Of a DNA stretch of 64,000 nucleotides, positions 29,704 to 40,868 are shown one piece after another. Every line of letters starts with the position of its first letter. The stretch's first letter is position 1. The stretch spans positions 2,624,001 through 2,688,000 of the forward strand of contig CBDCKW010000009.1 of assembly GCA_965218435.1 (NCBI GenBank), written 5' to 3'. This DNA is from Truepera sp. (GTDB taxonomy: Bacteria; Deinococcota; Deinococci; Deinococcales; Trueperaceae). Below the pieces are notes generated by a model. That model was not told the origin of the DNA. It was given only the letters and a program-made list of their open reading frames with translations, and did not search any database. The position numbers and the translations under genes were made by a program.

Positions 29704-30771
29704 ATGCTTTTACGGGCGTTGTCGCAGCTCAACTTCCGCAACCTCAACACGCCCCGGCTCACCTTCGGCCCCGGCGTCAGCGCCGTCGTCGGACGCAACG
29801 CGGCGGGTAAATCAAACCTACTCGAGGCCATTTACTTGGGCTGCACCGGCGAACTCCCTTACGGCAAAATCTCTGAAACCGTCCGCTTGGGTGAAAGCGA
29901 AGGATACGTGAGCGTCAGCGTCGAGCGAGACGACGGGATTGTGAGCACCCAGATCGGCTTGGCACCGGGCAAAAAAATCGTACGGTTAGACGGGCAAACG
30001 GTCCGCACCTTTGAACTCGCCAAGGTCTCAGCGGCGGTTCTGATTACACCCGAGGACGCCGACCTCATCCACGGCGCACCGGCCCTCCGGCGCGGGTATC
30101 TGGACAGCCTCCTGAGCAAGCTCTCAGTTCGTTACGCGCTGCTGCACCGCGAGTATACTCGGGTCGTGGAACAACGCAACGCCGCCCTTAAAAGCAATTA
30201 CCCCGACCCGACGCTGGACGTGTGGACGGAGCGGTTTATCGAGTTGGGGAACGCGGTGAACGCGCTCCGGGCTCGAGCCTTGGTTAAAGTGGCCGCGATT
30301 GCCGCCGAGACCTACGCCGAGATTTCAGGCGACGACAAACCGCTCGAGGTCTCGCTTACCGGCGCACACGAGAATCTAGCAGGTGCGCTTGCCGAGACCG
30401 ACCTCGAGGAACGCGCTCGGGGCGTCACCGTCGTGGGGCCGCACCGGGGCGATATGGTATTGACTTTGGGCGGCCACAGCGTCCAGGCGTACGGCTCGAG
30501 GGGTGAAGCCCGCACCGCCGCCCTAGCCCTGCGCGTCGCCGAATATCAGCTTTTAAGCGAAAAGCATAACGAAGCGCCTGTACTGCTGTTAGACGACTTT
30601 ACCGCCGAACTCGACGCCGGACGGCGGGAGTTTTTACTGCGGTTGGCCTCGAGAGCACCCCAAGCGGTGGTCAGCGGCACTGAAGCGCCCCCCTACGCCG
30701 CCGCGCAGTTTTTGATCTCCGGGGGTTTCGTGTCGGAAGGGCACCCGAAGGAGCCTCGTGCGGAACCGTAA
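29704..30771 (+). CDS. recF: DNA replication/repair protein RecF
   Basis: NFRNL, GRNAAGKSNLLEAI, QRNAALK, GPHRGD, YGSRGE, LLLDDFTAELD. Confidence 0.93.
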   Translation: MLLRALSQLNFRNLNTPRLTFGPGVSAVVGRNAAGKSNLLEAIYLGCTGELPYGKISETVRLGESEGYVSVSVERDDGIVSTQIGLAPGKKIVRLDGQTVRTFELAKVSAAVLITPEDADLIHGAPALRRGYLDSLLSKLSVRYALLHREYTRVVEQRNAALKSNYPDPTLDVWTERFIELGNAVNALRARALVKVAAIAAETYAEISGDDKPLEVSLTGAHENLAGALAETDLEERARGVTVVGPHRGDMVLTLGGHSVQAYGSRGEARTAALALRVAEYQLLSEKHNEAPVLLLDDFTAELDAGRREFLLRLASRAPQAVVSGTEAPPYAAAQFLISGGFVSEGHPKEPRAEP

Positions 30772-31606
30772 CGCCTCGCAGAATGTCTCCGACGTACTTG
30801 CCGAGGTCTTCAAAAAGGGCGGCCTCAAACGGGGCGTCAAACGCGCCGAGGCGGTGCTGTTATGGCCGCAGGTCGTCGGCAGCAAAGTCGCCCGCTTTAC
30901 CGAGGCCAAAACGCTGCAAGACGGCGTGCTCTACGTCGAGGTGCAGGATTCGGAAACGGCGATGCACTTGGGCTTTCAGCGGCAGAAATTCGTCAACGTC
31001 TACGCCGCCAAATTCGGCGTTAAAGACGTTAAAGATGTACGGTTTCGGCTCGGCCGGAGACCGCTGCTAGACGAGCCTGCACCGAGACCAAAGGCCGTGC
31101 CACCCGACCCCAAGGCGCTTGCAGAGTTGTCGAGGGCCGTCGCTGGGGCCGAGTTATCCGACGAACTGACGCAGCGTGCGATGCAGACCGCTAAAGCGAT
31201 GCTCTCATGGCGGGCCGCACGCGAGGCGGAGGGCTGGCGGGCGTGCGACGTTTGTGGCGGGCTGACCCCGGTGCGCGGGCTCTGCGTCACCTGCGCCCGT
31301 TACGCCGAGTTTCCGAAAGTCCGCACCGCGAGCCGCATACTTGCCGTCTCTCCCGGTCAAGCAACGCCGCTTTTAAGCGATGAGGAGCGGGCCGTTGCGG
31401 TGTTTCAAGCCAAGGCGTATTTGAGCGAAAAAGTTCAGGAATTACTGCCACAAGTTTTAGCCGACCCGGTATGCAAACCCCATCTCGAGTTTGCTGCCCG
31501 CTGCTATTTAGCGCACGAACTCAGCAAGCCCTTAGATGACGTCAGCGACGACGATTTCAGCGTCCTCGACCCCCGCATCGCCCGCGCGTTGGGCCGTTGG
31601 CATTAA
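30758..31606 (+). CDS. DUF721/DciA-like protein with a zinc-ribbon extension
   Basis: WPQVVG...DGVLYVEV; CDVC...CVTC; follows recF. Confidence 0.75.
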   Translation: MRNRNASQNVSDVLAEVFKKGGLKRGVKRAEAVLLWPQVVGSKVARFTEAKTLQDGVLYVEVQDSETAMHLGFQRQKFVNVYAAKFGVKDVKDVRFRLGRRPLLDEPAPRPKAVPPDPKALAELSRAVAGAELSDELTQRAMQTAKAMLSWRAAREAEGWRACDVCGGLTPVRGLCVTCARYAEFPKVRTASRILAVSPGQATPLLSDEERAVAVFQAKAYLSEKVQELLPQVLADPVCKPHLEFAARCYLAHELSKPLDDVSDDDFSVLDPRIARALGRWH

Positions 31607-31648
31607 GCTTTAGCGGACTGGATTCTGAAGTACGGGTTATAAAACACT

Positions 31649-32107
31649 ATGCAGCTGATTTTGCCTTTTTCCGAAGCTTTGGAACTCGCCACCGCCGAGA
31701 AGCCCTTACCCGCGCCCATCGAACACGTGAGCTGCGCGGGTAGCACGGTTTTTGTCCAAATATCACCCGAGTCGGTGTTGCCCAAATTTTTACGGGCCGC
31801 CGCGCCGAAAGTGAGGCTCGAGCTTCACTTTTTAACCTTTTGGGCGGGCGTCGCTACCTTTAAGCTCGTCACCAACGTCTTGTCGCTCCCCGTCCACCGC
31901 CTGCTCAACTTTTTAACCGACGCGGTTCCGCTCCCGGAGGGCGTCCGTATCGAAAAGGGTGAGGGTACGCCGCGCCTCATCGTAGACGTGCAAAAACTCG
32001 TTGACGAACAGGTTTCGGGTCTGACCTTAGATGAGTTTTACCTGCACGAAGGGGACGTGGTGGTGCTGGCGACGCTGCAGAATTTTCGTACCAAGCCGAA
32101 ACTTTAG
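31649..32107 (+). CDS. Hypothetical protein
   Basis: 152-aa ORF, host-like codon usage. Confidence 0.65.
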   Translation: MQLILPFSEALELATAEKPLPAPIEHVSCAGSTVFVQISPESVLPKFLRAAAPKVRLELHFLTFWAGVATFKLVTNVLSLPVHRLLNFLTDAVPLPEGVRIEKGEGTPRLIVDVQKLVDEQVSGLTLDEFYLHEGDVVVLATLQNFRTKPKL

Positions 32108-32245
32108 CGCCCGGTTAGGTCTTTAGCTGTGTGCTGGAAGCAAGTAGACGGTCGCGGGTAGCTTGTAGGCTCTAAATTATGCACTGAGCACGAACGGGAA
32201 CTCGGCTCGAGCAACCGAATCAGCATTCAATTAAAGGAGACTCCC

Positions 32246-33763
32246 ATGCCCACCCCTGTCATGCTTATGATCCTAGACGGCTTCGGCCTCGCCCCGGACG
32301 GCCCCGGCAACGCTACCAGCCTAGCCCAAACCCCGAATTTCGACCGTTTATGGCAGAACAGCCCACACACGCAGCTGCAAGCTTCAGGCCGCGCCGTCGG
32401 CCTCCCGGACGGGCAGATGGGCAACTCCGAAGTCGGCCACCTCAATCTGGGCGCGGGCCGTATCGTCAAACAAAGCCTGAGCTTTATCCAAGACGCGATT
32501 GACACCGAAACCTTTTTTAGCAACCCGGTCTTAAACGAAACGTATGACGCGGCCTCCGGTGGGGCGCTGCACCTCATGGGTTTGGTCAGTGACGGCGGCG
32601 TCCACAGCGACATCCAGCACCTGTTCGCCCTCTTAGACCTCGCTAAGCGCAAAGGCACTGCGCCCGTCTACGTCCACGTCTTTACCGATGGACGCGATAC
32701 GCCGCCGGACAGCAGCTTGGGTTTTGTCAAAGCGTTACAGGGAAAGATAGCCGAACTGGGCCGTGACAGCCGGATCGCTACCGTGTCCGGCCGCTACTTT
32801 GCGATGGACCGCGACAACCGTTGGGACCGGGTGCAACGAGCCTATGACGCTGTCGTCTGCGCGAAATCCGACCAGCACGCCGACACCGCCGAGGCCGCCG
32901 TCCAAGCCGCTTACGACCGGAACGAAACGGACGAGTTTATCGCGCCAACTGTGGTCGGAGACGGGGCGAAAATCCAAGACGGCGACGCCGTAGTATTTTT
33001 CAACTTCCGCGCCGACCGCGCTCGTCAGCTGACCTACGCGCTGTTAGGCGACGTATCGTGGGAGAAATTCAGTCGCTGCGCTGTGCCTAGAGTTCACTAC
33101 ACCTCGCTGATGCAGTACGACGCTAAGCTGAGCGCACCCTTCGCTTTTGCGTTGCCGGAAATCAAACATCCGCTCGCCGAAGTTTTGAGCAACGCCGGAA
33201 AAACGCAGTATCACACCGCCGAAACCGAAAAATATCCGCACGTGACCTACTTTTTCGACGCAAAAGTTGAGACCTCGTATCCGGGTGAATCGCTCAAACT
33301 CGTCGCGTCGCCAAAGGTCGCCACCTACGACCTGCAACCTGAGATGAGCGAACCTGAACTCACCGCAGCAACGCTTAAACGCCTGAAAGAACACGATGAC
33401 GACTTCGTGCTGATCAACTTCGCCAACCCTGATATGGTCGGGCACACGGGCGTGATAGACGCGGCCGTCAAAGCGTGTGAAGCGGCGGATCGGGGGCTGG
33501 GACAGCTCGAGAAGGCCGTCCTCGCCAAAGGGGGCGCGATGATTGTCGTCGCCGACCACGGCAACGCCGAGGTGATGATCGCCGAGGATGGCGGCCCCTA
33601 CACCGCGCATACGACCAACCCGGTGCCGTGTATCGTCGTCGGGGCGGGCGACATCAAGCTGCGTTCGGGCGGCATTTTAGGGGACGTGGCCCCTACCGTC
33701 TTAGAGCTACTCGGTGTCCAAGCCCCACCGGAAATGACCCAACACTCACTCATCGAACACTAA
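32246..33763 (+). CDS. gpmI: 2,3-bisphosphoglycerate-independent phosphoglycerate mutase
   Basis: ILDGFG, GQMGNSEVGH, SDGGVHS, FNFRADRARQ, AETEKYPHVT, NPDMVGHTG, ADHGNAE. Confidence 0.97.
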   Translation: MPTPVMLMILDGFGLAPDGPGNATSLAQTPNFDRLWQNSPHTQLQASGRAVGLPDGQMGNSEVGHLNLGAGRIVKQSLSFIQDAIDTETFFSNPVLNETYDAASGGALHLMGLVSDGGVHSDIQHLFALLDLAKRKGTAPVYVHVFTDGRDTPPDSSLGFVKALQGKIAELGRDSRIATVSGRYFAMDRDNRWDRVQRAYDAVVCAKSDQHADTAEAAVQAAYDRNETDEFIAPTVVGDGAKIQDGDAVVFFNFRADRARQLTYALLGDVSWEKFSRCAVPRVHYTSLMQYDAKLSAPFAFALPEIKHPLAEVLSNAGKTQYHTAETEKYPHVTYFFDAKVETSYPGESLKLVASPKVATYDLQPEMSEPELTAATLKRLKEHDDDFVLINFANPDMVGHTGVIDAAVKACEAADRGLGQLEKAVLAKGGAMIVVADHGNAEVMIAEDGGPYTAHTTNPVPCIVVGAGDIKLRSGGILGDVAPTVLELLGVQAPPEMTQHSLIEH

Positions 33764-33773
33764 AGGACTAAAG

Positions 33774-34739
33774 ATGAACTACCGCACTATAGGAAAGACC
33801 GGTGTCAAAGTTTCGTCACTCTGTTTCGGCACCATGTCATTCGGTGACACCGCTGACGAAGCAGAGTCAGAGCGGCTCTACAGAGCCTCGAGAGACGCTG
33901 GCATCAACTTCTTTGACTGCGCGAACGTCTACGCGCAGGGCCGCTCGGAAGAGATTTTAGGGCGGCTCATCCGGGATGAACGTGACGAACTCGTCATCAC
34001 CAGCAAAGGCTTCGGCAAGACCGGCCCCGGCATCAACGACGGCGGCTTGTCACGTCGTCACCTTACCCGCGCGGTTGAAGCGTCCTTAAAACGGTTGGGA
34101 ACGGACAGGCTCGAGTTCTACTTCGTCCACCAGTTCGACCCCGACACGCCCATCGGGGAGACTGTCCACACCCTGGACGATCTAGTCAAGCGCGGGCTGA
34201 TCCTCTACCCAGCGGTCAGCAACTGGGCCGCGTGGCAGATCATGAAGGCACTCGGTACCGCCGCCTACGAGCACCTTGCCCGCTTTGAGCTGATTCAACC
34301 GATGTATAACCTCACCAAACGCCAAGCCGAGGTTGAAATCTTGCCGCTGGCGCTTTCAGAAAAGCTCGGCGTGATTCCGTACAGCCCGCTCGGGGGCGGC
34401 TTGCTGACGGGCAAGTATGAAAAAGAGCGACCGGTACAAGGCCGTTTAGTTGACAACAAAATGTACACCGCCCGTTACGGCGAGCCGCAGCACCACGAGA
34501 CGGCGGCGCGGTTTGTACAGTACGCCCGTGAGCACGACGTTCATCCGGCGACGCTGGCCGTTGCGTGGGTGGGGTCGCATCCGGCGGTGACTGCGCCGAT
34601 TGTTGGGGCGAGGAATGTGGAGCAGCTTAAACCTTCACTCGCTGCGGCGACGTTTGAGATGACGCCGGAGATGCGGGGTGAGATTACGGCGTTGTCACCT
34701 GCGGTGGCGGTGGCGACGGATAGGAGTGAGGAAAGGTAG
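33774..34739 (+). CDS. Aldo/keto reductase
   Basis: GINFFDCANVY, SLKRLGTD, QPMYNL, YSPLGGGLLTGKY, IVGARN. Confidence 0.92.
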   Translation: MNYRTIGKTGVKVSSLCFGTMSFGDTADEAESERLYRASRDAGINFFDCANVYAQGRSEEILGRLIRDERDELVITSKGFGKTGPGINDGGLSRRHLTRAVEASLKRLGTDRLEFYFVHQFDPDTPIGETVHTLDDLVKRGLILYPAVSNWAAWQIMKALGTAAYEHLARFELIQPMYNLTKRQAEVEILPLALSEKLGVIPYSPLGGGLLTGKYEKERPVQGRLVDNKMYTARYGEPQHHETAARFVQYAREHDVHPATLAVAWVGSHPAVTAPIVGARNVEQLKPSLAAATFEMTPEMRGEITALSPAVAVATDRSEER

Positions 34740-34773
34740 AACTCAGCTGAGTCAAGTGTGCCGTCGTATCCAA

Positions 34774-35796
34774 TTAGAGCAGCGCTGCGCCACGTCGAAC
34801 TACACGCGACCACCCTAATAACCTCTCCTGAAGCTGTTGCCTTTGTCCTGAGTCAGACGCGCGGCTTGCCGATTCCAGAACCCACTTGCTCCGCCGCATG
34901 AATTCACCCAAGAAACAAAGGTCGAGCTGTGTCTGCCATGCTCGTTCATCGATAGAGTAACCAAGCCGCTGCACCAAGTACCTTCGGTAAGTTTCGGCAA
35001 TGGTCGCTTCGTCATGGGTCGGCAGCACTAAGAAGCCCTGATCGATATACAAGACAAGCTCAACGCCTGGAGGTGCAAATGTAGCGTAATCCCAATCCAG
35101 CATCATCACCCGTTTAGGCTTATCACGCGTGATCCCGAGGTTGCCATACCATACGTCGTTATGAACCAAAGTCGAAGGGTAGCTTGAGAGGGCGTCATAG
35201 AGGGGCTTTGGGGTCTGGAGGAGCGACCGTACAACCTGAGCGACATCAGGCTCGAGAAAATCCTCAATAAAATTCCAGGCTTCATAGTCGGGTTCGATTA
35301 GAAAGTACCCCGATAGGACGTGCAGGTTGAGTTGCTTTAACTGGTCATCCTCCCAAAACGCGGCGTGTAGGGCGGCAAGCGTGTCGAGTAAGAAAGTATG
35401 TTCTTCAACTGTGAATCGTTTGTCGCCACTGAGGAGTATGTCGCTCACATCACGCATAAGGACGGCGTAACCTGCGCCGTCACGCGCGCAGGCTACTACC
35501 GGATGTGCGATGCGATTCGGGAGGCGATCGAGGACACCGTGCTGCCAGAGGGTGATGGTGCGGGTAAAATCGCCGTCAGGGCCAGAGGCGATCCCTTTAC
35601 CTCCCTCATAACGACGCTTGAGGAGATACTGGGGGCCGCTTCCTTCGTTTGTTGTCACCGCGTAAAAGCGACTGCCCGTATTTGACGAGGTCATAGCAAC
35701 CGGCTCACAACGGACGCTTCTAATTAGAACAGGTTCCAGTGTGTTTAAGGTAATGGGGTCAATAAGGTTTTCAACGGATGGTAAGAGCTGGCGCAT
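34774..35796 (-). CDS. APH/choline-kinase-like phosphotransferase
   Basis: LAALHAAFW, TLVHNDVWYGN, MLDWD. Confidence 0.8.
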   Translation of the reverse strand: MRQLLPSVENLIDPITLNTLEPVLIRSVRCEPVAMTSSNTGSRFYAVTTNEGSGPQYLLKRRYEGGKGIASGPDGDFTRTITLWQHGVLDRLPNRIAHPVVACARDGAGYAVLMRDVSDILLSGDKRFTVEEHTFLLDTLAALHAAFWEDDQLKQLNLHVLSGYFLIEPDYEAWNFIEDFLEPDVAQVVRSLLQTPKPLYDALSSYPSTLVHNDVWYGNLGITRDKPKRVMMLDWDYATFAPPGVELVLYIDQGFLVLPTHDEATIAETYRRYLVQRLGYSIDERAWQTQLDLCFLGEFMRRSKWVLESASRASDSGQRQQLQERLLGWSRVVRRGAALL

Positions 35797-36119
35797 TGTT
35801 TCCCTTTCGTCTTCTCGGCATGAACCGGTACTGATGTTTCTTAAGTGCCTCCTAGTTGGGCGCTCGAAGTAGCATAGCTATACACTGCAAAAAAAGCACG
35901 ACTTGGCTGCGGCCTGTCGCGCTTTGGGGTTGCGGTTGAAGTAAATTGACAAACCCTCACTGGAAAATCAGCCATAGCAGAAAGCATAAAAAGCTATAGG
36001 GAAAATATAGTTTTTCCACAGATAGAAAATTGTGAACGTGTAGAAAGTAGATTACTGAACCGAGCCAAAACTAACCTTCCTCATAAAGTGAGCGTGACCC
36101 CACCGCGTCTCTATCTCTA

Positions 36120-37574
36120 CTAACGCTGAGCATGTCGCCCACCTAAAACCAGCTCCGCCGCGTGTTTCCCCGATAACAGCGCCAGCGGAATCCCGCCCCC
36201 CGGATGCACCGTCCCCCCGGCCAGCACCAGATTTTTAACGCCGCGCACGGTTTGCTTGGGCCGAATCGTCTGCAACAGCGAATGCGGCGCAGCGCCGTAA
36301 ATTGCGCCCCGGTGAGCAAGGCGGCCCAAATACGCTGGAGTGAAGGTTTTTTGCACCCGAATACGGTTGCGCACGTCTAAACCACGCCGCGCTAAAACCT
36401 CGAGCAAACACTCAGCATAACGCGGCGCTTCCTGCTCCCAATCAACCGGATTTTGTGCGGAAAGTGCGGGCGCGTTGACCAGCACAAACCAGTTTTCGCA
36501 CCCCGGCGGCGCGTCACCGCGTTCGGTTTTACTACTGATGGAAACATAAAGCGTCGGGTCAGCGGCAAGGTTGCCGCGCCTTACCGCCTCAAACTCGGCG
36601 CGGTAGTCGGCTGGAAACAAGATATTGTGATGGGCTAGACCGGGTGTTTCGCCCTCGAGACCCAGCAGCAACACAAACCCGGACAAAGAGGGCTCGAGCC
36701 TCTCCCCTTTCGCCTTTTGTCCCAACAGCTGATGCGTACGGATGAGGTCCAGCCCTGAGACGACCACATCCGCCGTAAAAGTTCCCGCATCCGTTTCAAC
36801 CGCCGTAACGTTTGGCCCCGAGGTACAGAGCCGCGTCACCGTCACGCCCGTTCGGACGTTTACACCCAATTTTTCCGCCAAAGCCCGGAGCTGCCGCACC
36901 ACACCTTTGATGCCGCCGACCGGATAAAATACCCCTTTGCCGAGTTCGACCCAAGCGATGTTGTGCAACACTGCCGGGGCGCGGTACGGGTCAGCGCCGA
37001 AGTAGGTCGCAAACCGCAAGAAGAAGGTCTCGAGGTCACCCGAAGCGCCGAACTGCCGGAGCAGCGCCGGGAGCTGTTTACCCGGATGAGCTTTGAGCCC
37101 GCTCGAGAGTCCGTACTTGGCCAATTCTTTAAGCCCCGGCGACTGCCCGAATAAGAACGTCGGGGCCGCCGCTTCGTAAAGGGTACGCGCTTCGTCTCGC
37201 AGACGGTGGAAGGCTCGAGCCTCCGCATCTGAAAGCTGTGCCGCTGTTTTCTCCGCGTCCAGCGACACGTCCCACACCCGCCCGGACGGGTAAAAGTAGC
37301 GGCACAGAGGTGATAACAGCCGAAACTCCGGCGGCGTCTTCCCTGCCCGGGTAAACAAGTCGCTGACGAGTTCCGGGAGCGTCCACACGCTTGGGCCGAG
37401 GTCGAAACGAAAGCCGCCCTCAGTAAACTCGCCCGCTTTGCCGCCTACTTCGTCAAGTTGTTCTAATAACGTGACCTGAACGCCGCTGAGAGCGAGCTCG
37501 AGCGCCGCCGACAGCCCGGCAAAGCCGCCGCCTAAAACCAGGGCTGTCTGGGGCTTGACTCTTGGTTTAGTCAT
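36120..37574 (-). CDS. CrtI-family carotenoid desaturase (possibly CrtD-type 3',4'-desaturase)
   Basis: GGGFAGL, FRFDLGPS, HHNILF, DPTLYV, GGTVHPGGGIP. Confidence 0.8.
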   Translation of the reverse strand: MTKPRVKPQTALVLGGGFAGLSAALELALSGVQVTLLEQLDEVGGKAGEFTEGGFRFDLGPSVWTLPELVSDLFTRAGKTPPEFRLLSPLCRYFYPSGRVWDVSLDAEKTAAQLSDAEARAFHRLRDEARTLYEAAAPTFLFGQSPGLKELAKYGLSSGLKAHPGKQLPALLRQFGASGDLETFFLRFATYFGADPYRAPAVLHNIAWVELGKGVFYPVGGIKGVVRQLRALAEKLGVNVRTGVTVTRLCTSGPNVTAVETDAGTFTADVVVSGLDLIRTHQLLGQKAKGERLEPSLSGFVLLLGLEGETPGLAHHNILFPADYRAEFEAVRRGNLAADPTLYVSISSKTERGDAPPGCENWFVLVNAPALSAQNPVDWEQEAPRYAECLLEVLARRGLDVRNRIRVQKTFTPAYLGRLAHRGAIYGAAPHSLLQTIRPKQTVRGVKNLVLAGGTVHPGGGIPLALLSGKHAAELVLGGRHAQR

Positions 37575-38706
37575 CGGCTCCCAACGTTTCGGTATCACCT
37601 GAAGGGTGATAAACGCGCCCTTTCCAGCGGTAGCCTTTGCCCCGAAGCGCCCGCAAACCGATCTGCCAGAGTGGGAAAAAGACGAACGGTTGCAAAAACG
37701 CCTCGAGCGGGCTCCGGTGCGTTTTATACGAGGTCAAGGCCCGCTGAAAGAGACCGAGCGCCGCCGGAACCAGCCAGAGTGGATTGGCGAAGATGAGTAC
37801 CCACGAGAGGGTGTAAATCAGGGTGTTGAGCAGCAGTGAGCCCACCAAGAGAACGCGGCTCCCCTGATGCGCGGCCAAGATGTTTTTTGAAAAGCCTTCT
37901 AACAGCTCGTCACGTGTCCGGTACATCCGCACGCTCAGCAGGTCGCCGCCTAAAGCCAAGACCGTTTTGAGGCCGCGCCCCTTGGCATATTGCCCCATCT
38001 TCACATCTTCTAAAACTTCACCCTTAAACGCTGCGTGGCCGCCGACTTGCAGATACGCGCTTCGCGTCCACATCATGCACTGACCATTTCCGGCTGAAAA
38101 CGCTGCATCAGTCGTGTTTTTAACGAGTGGATAGGGCAAGAGTCCGAGCAAGATGAGGTCAATCACCGGGACGCTGAGGCGTTCAAAGAGCGTTTCGGTG
38201 CGTTGCCGCGGCCAGACGCTCGCGTACACCGCGCCACTGCGCCGCGCAAAATCTAGGAGTGAGGCCAACGCGCCCGGTTCCCACGACACATCCGCGTCGG
38301 TAAAGACCAGAATGTCACCTTTGGCCTTTTGTGCGAGTTGCCAACACGCCCAATTTTTCCCGCTCCAACCGGGAGGCAGAGGCTGACCCTCGAGCCCCCT
38401 CACACCTGAAACCTCCCCGATCACCTGCGCCGTCTCATCTTCGGAGTTGTCGTCTAATACGAGCACTTCATCTGCCCCTTGCTGCACGAGCAGCGGCAGC
38501 GTCTGGGCGAGGTTGACCGCTTCGTTGCGGGCCGGAACGAGCAGCGAGACGCGGCGGCCTGACCCAACAGCTTCAGATTCGTCTTTTTCCGTGCGGCGCA
38601 GCGGCGTCAGCACCGGAAAGGTAAAGGTGTTGACCAGCAGCACCGTAAGCTGCGCGGCGACCGCCAGCGTTGCGAGCCACCACACCAGCCACCCTAGCAG
38701 GGTCAT
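37567..38706 (-). CDS. Carotenoid glycosyltransferase, GT2 (CruC-like)
   Basis: VPARNEA, GWSGKNWAC, FTDAD, GNGQCM, VLEDV, WKGR. Confidence 0.82.
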   Translation of the reverse strand: MTLLGWLVWWLATLAVAAQLTVLLVNTFTFPVLTPLRRTEKDESEAVGSGRRVSLLVPARNEAVNLAQTLPLLVQQGADEVLVLDDNSEDETAQVIGEVSGVRGLEGQPLPPGWSGKNWACWQLAQKAKGDILVFTDADVSWEPGALASLLDFARRSGAVYASVWPRQRTETLFERLSVPVIDLILLGLLPYPLVKNTTDAAFSAGNGQCMMWTRSAYLQVGGHAAFKGEVLEDVKMGQYAKGRGLKTVLALGGDLLSVRMYRTRDELLEGFSKNILAAHQGSRVLLVGSLLLNTLIYTLSWVLIFANPLWLVPAALGLFQRALTSYKTHRSPLEAFLQPFVFFPLWQIGLRALRGKGYRWKGRVYHPSGDTETLGADD

Positions 38707-39404
38707 GTCGGCCTCCTGCCGAACAGTTTACCCACCCACGCGGCTCGTTCGTTCGTACTCGCTGCGCCGCCGCTCCAAAGCTCAAAGCCCGGTAACGGTT
38801 TTTCGGGGTTGGCGTAGGCGAGCTCACGCTCGAGCCCCGCTAAAAGCTCATTCAGCGCCCCCGCCACCTCATCCGGCAAAACGGCGTCACCTGAGACGAG
38901 AAAGACCTCCGGCCGCTGCGCCCCGCGCAGCACCGCACGAATAGCGACCGGATAGACCGGCACCCCCGCCCGCGACGCCAAAAAGCTCAAACCGGGTTGT
39001 AGGTCGCCCACAGTCCCCGCTGCCCGCAGTTCGCCTTCAGGAAACACGATGAGCAGCTCGCCGCACCGGAGCCGACGGAGCGCCTCGCGGAGTTCAGTCG
39101 TCGGGACGCCCCCAATGTTTCTAAAAAAAGGAAACTGTTGCAGCGTCTCCGGTAAGATCAGACCGCTCAGTGGCCGCCTCAGCTTCTGTCCGATAAGCCA
39201 AGCTAGGTATAAATCCCACCAAGTATGGTGGTTCGCGGCTAATAACGCGCCGCTCGGCGGCAGTTTATCCGAAAAACCTCGAGCGTAGACCCCGTGCAGA
39301 TCGCGCTTTAACGAGCAGCGGATTAAAAAAGGTAGTGACCAGCCGATCAGCGCCGTGATGAGCGCCCGCAGCTTGACGACGAGTGAAGCTACATAGGCGC
39401 TCAC
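38703..39404 (-). CDS. PlsC-type acyltransferase (CruD-like); start GTG 39404
   Basis: NHHTWWD (HxxxxD), FPEG; GTGA overlap with upstream stop. Confidence 0.8.
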   Translation of the reverse strand: MSAYVASLVVKLRALITALIGWSLPFLIRCSLKRDLHGVYARGFSDKLPPSGALLAANHHTWWDLYLAWLIGQKLRRPLSGLILPETLQQFPFFRNIGGVPTTELREALRRLRCGELLIVFPEGELRAAGTVGDLQPGLSFLASRAGVPVYPVAIRAVLRGAQRPEVFLVSGDAVLPDEVAGALNELLAGLERELAYANPEKPLPGFELWSGGAASTNERAAWVGKLFGRRPT

Positions 39405-40861
39405 AACACCCGGTTGACCTTGACCGGAGCGCGTTTGACGCTGAGCCAGCTCGCCACCGTCCCTACTGCACCCATCGCCACGAACGCCGCCAGCGCTGCC
39501 CATGGTAGGCCGAAAAACAGCAAACCTACGCTGATGAGAAACGCTTGTGCCCAAAAGACGACGCGCAGGTCGGGCGAACTGCTTTGTAAAAGGCGGGGCT
39601 CGAGCCACCCCAAGAGCGTCACCAGCACGGCCCCCGCCATGAACCAGCCGATGAAATTGCTCAGCGGGATGCCGTAGTACGCGCCGCCGTCAAACCGCCA
39701 AAACCCCTGCGAGACCATCAGCGGGTCGAGCCCGACGTCCCAGGCGACGAGTGCGAGCGGCGCGAGCCAGCGTTTGGTACCGGGAGGAGAGAGCTCGAGG
39801 CCGATGAGCGTAAAGGCAAACCAGCCGAGCGGCACCAAAAGCGGGACGCCCAACAGCTGCGGCCCCGGCGCGGTGTAGCCGTAAGCGCCGAACGGCACGC
39901 CCGTGCTGTGCCCGACCCACTCGACCAGCAGCCCAAACCCGAAAGAGACGGCGAACAAGAGCCAAGCTTTTTGACCGTAACGCTGCAGTGCGTAACCCAA
40001 CACGCCGAGTGCCAAAAGTCCTGTGCTGAGGTAGGCGAGCAGGGCGAAGTGTTCGGGGAAAAGCGGCGTCGGAATCATTGAAAGTGCCCACAACGCGAGC
40101 AGACCGCGCCACGGACTGAGATCGCGTAAAGCTCGAAGGCGTTTTAGAGCGAGGGGCTCGAGCGCTAGCGTCATCCCGAAAACGACGAGCAGATTCGTCA
40201 GCAGAAAAAAAAGCGCCTCTTCTACCGGCAAGCCAAACAGTGCCAAATTCGACGACAAGTCCGGCGAAATCCACCAGATACCCAGACCTAAAGCCAAACG
40301 GTCGGCCAGCCACAAGTAGAACGTCGGAAGCAAAAATCCAAGGGTTAAGACAAGGGGCCGCCGCAATAAGAGATCGCCGCCAAAGCCCCACTGCAGCGCC
40401 AAAATCGGCGCGGCCCACGCTGCAATCATCCCGAAATAGAGGCCGCGCTGTGTGCTCAGCGCGAGGACGCCCGCTGCGGCTAACCCCAGCCACGCCAGCG
40501 CCCCGACGAGGCGCACAGCGGGCGCAGCAGAGATGTCAGAATGCGCCGAAACTTTACGGCGCTGCAAAAGTAGCACCCACAACCCTGTCAGCAGCGTCTG
40601 CAAGACAAAAAACAGATACTCTTCAAACGGCACCCAGCCGAGCGTAAAGAGCACCCGGTTCTCGCCGTAACCCCACACGCCCCGCGCGACCAGCAGATTG
40701 TCCCACGGCGTCGTGTAGACGAGTGCCAAAAGGACATGAACCCCAAGGGCGATGAGACCGGCGCGGGGGACTCGGCCCTGCTGCACTGCTCGGTAGGCCA
40801 GGAACGCGAGCAAAAGCAGGGGCAGCAAGATAAAAACGAGGTGAAACTGCAGATAAGTCAT
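39401..40861 (-). CDS. Fusion: CrtYc/Yd-type lycopene cyclase plus CruF-type carotenoid 1,2-hydratase
   Basis: YTTPWDN, two PxEExxFF motifs; then [43 protein letters not shown]. Confidence 0.8.
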   Translation of the reverse strand: MTYLQFHLVFILLPLLLLAFLAYRAVQQGRVPRAGLIALGVHVLLALVYTTPWDNLLVARGVWGYGENRVLFTLGWVPFEEYLFFVLQTLLTGLWVLLLQRRKVSAHSDISAAPAVRLVGALAWLGLAAAGVLALSTQRGLYFGMIAAWAAPILALQWGFGGDLLLRRPLVLTLGFLLPTFYLWLADRLALGLGIWWISPDLSSNLALFGLPVEEALFFLLTNLLVVFGMTLALEPLALKRLRALRDLSPWRGLLALWALSMIPTPLFPEHFALLAYLSTGLLALGVLGYALQRYGQKAWLLFAVSFGFGLLVEWVGHSTGVPFGAYGYTAPGPQLLGVPLLVPLGWFAFTLIGLELSPPGTKRWLAPLALVAWDVGLDPLMVSQGFWRFDGGAYYGIPLSNFIGWFMAGAVLVTLLGWLEPRLLQSSSPDLRVVFWAQAFLISVGLLFFGLPWAALAAFVAMGAVGTVASWLSVKRAPVKVNRVL

Positions 40862-40868
40862 GACCGGC

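Noticed and set aside
35800..36119. AT-rich gap with TTTTCCACA as a possible oriC
   Set aside because: Only one DnaA-box-like site and no dnaA/dnaN nearby.
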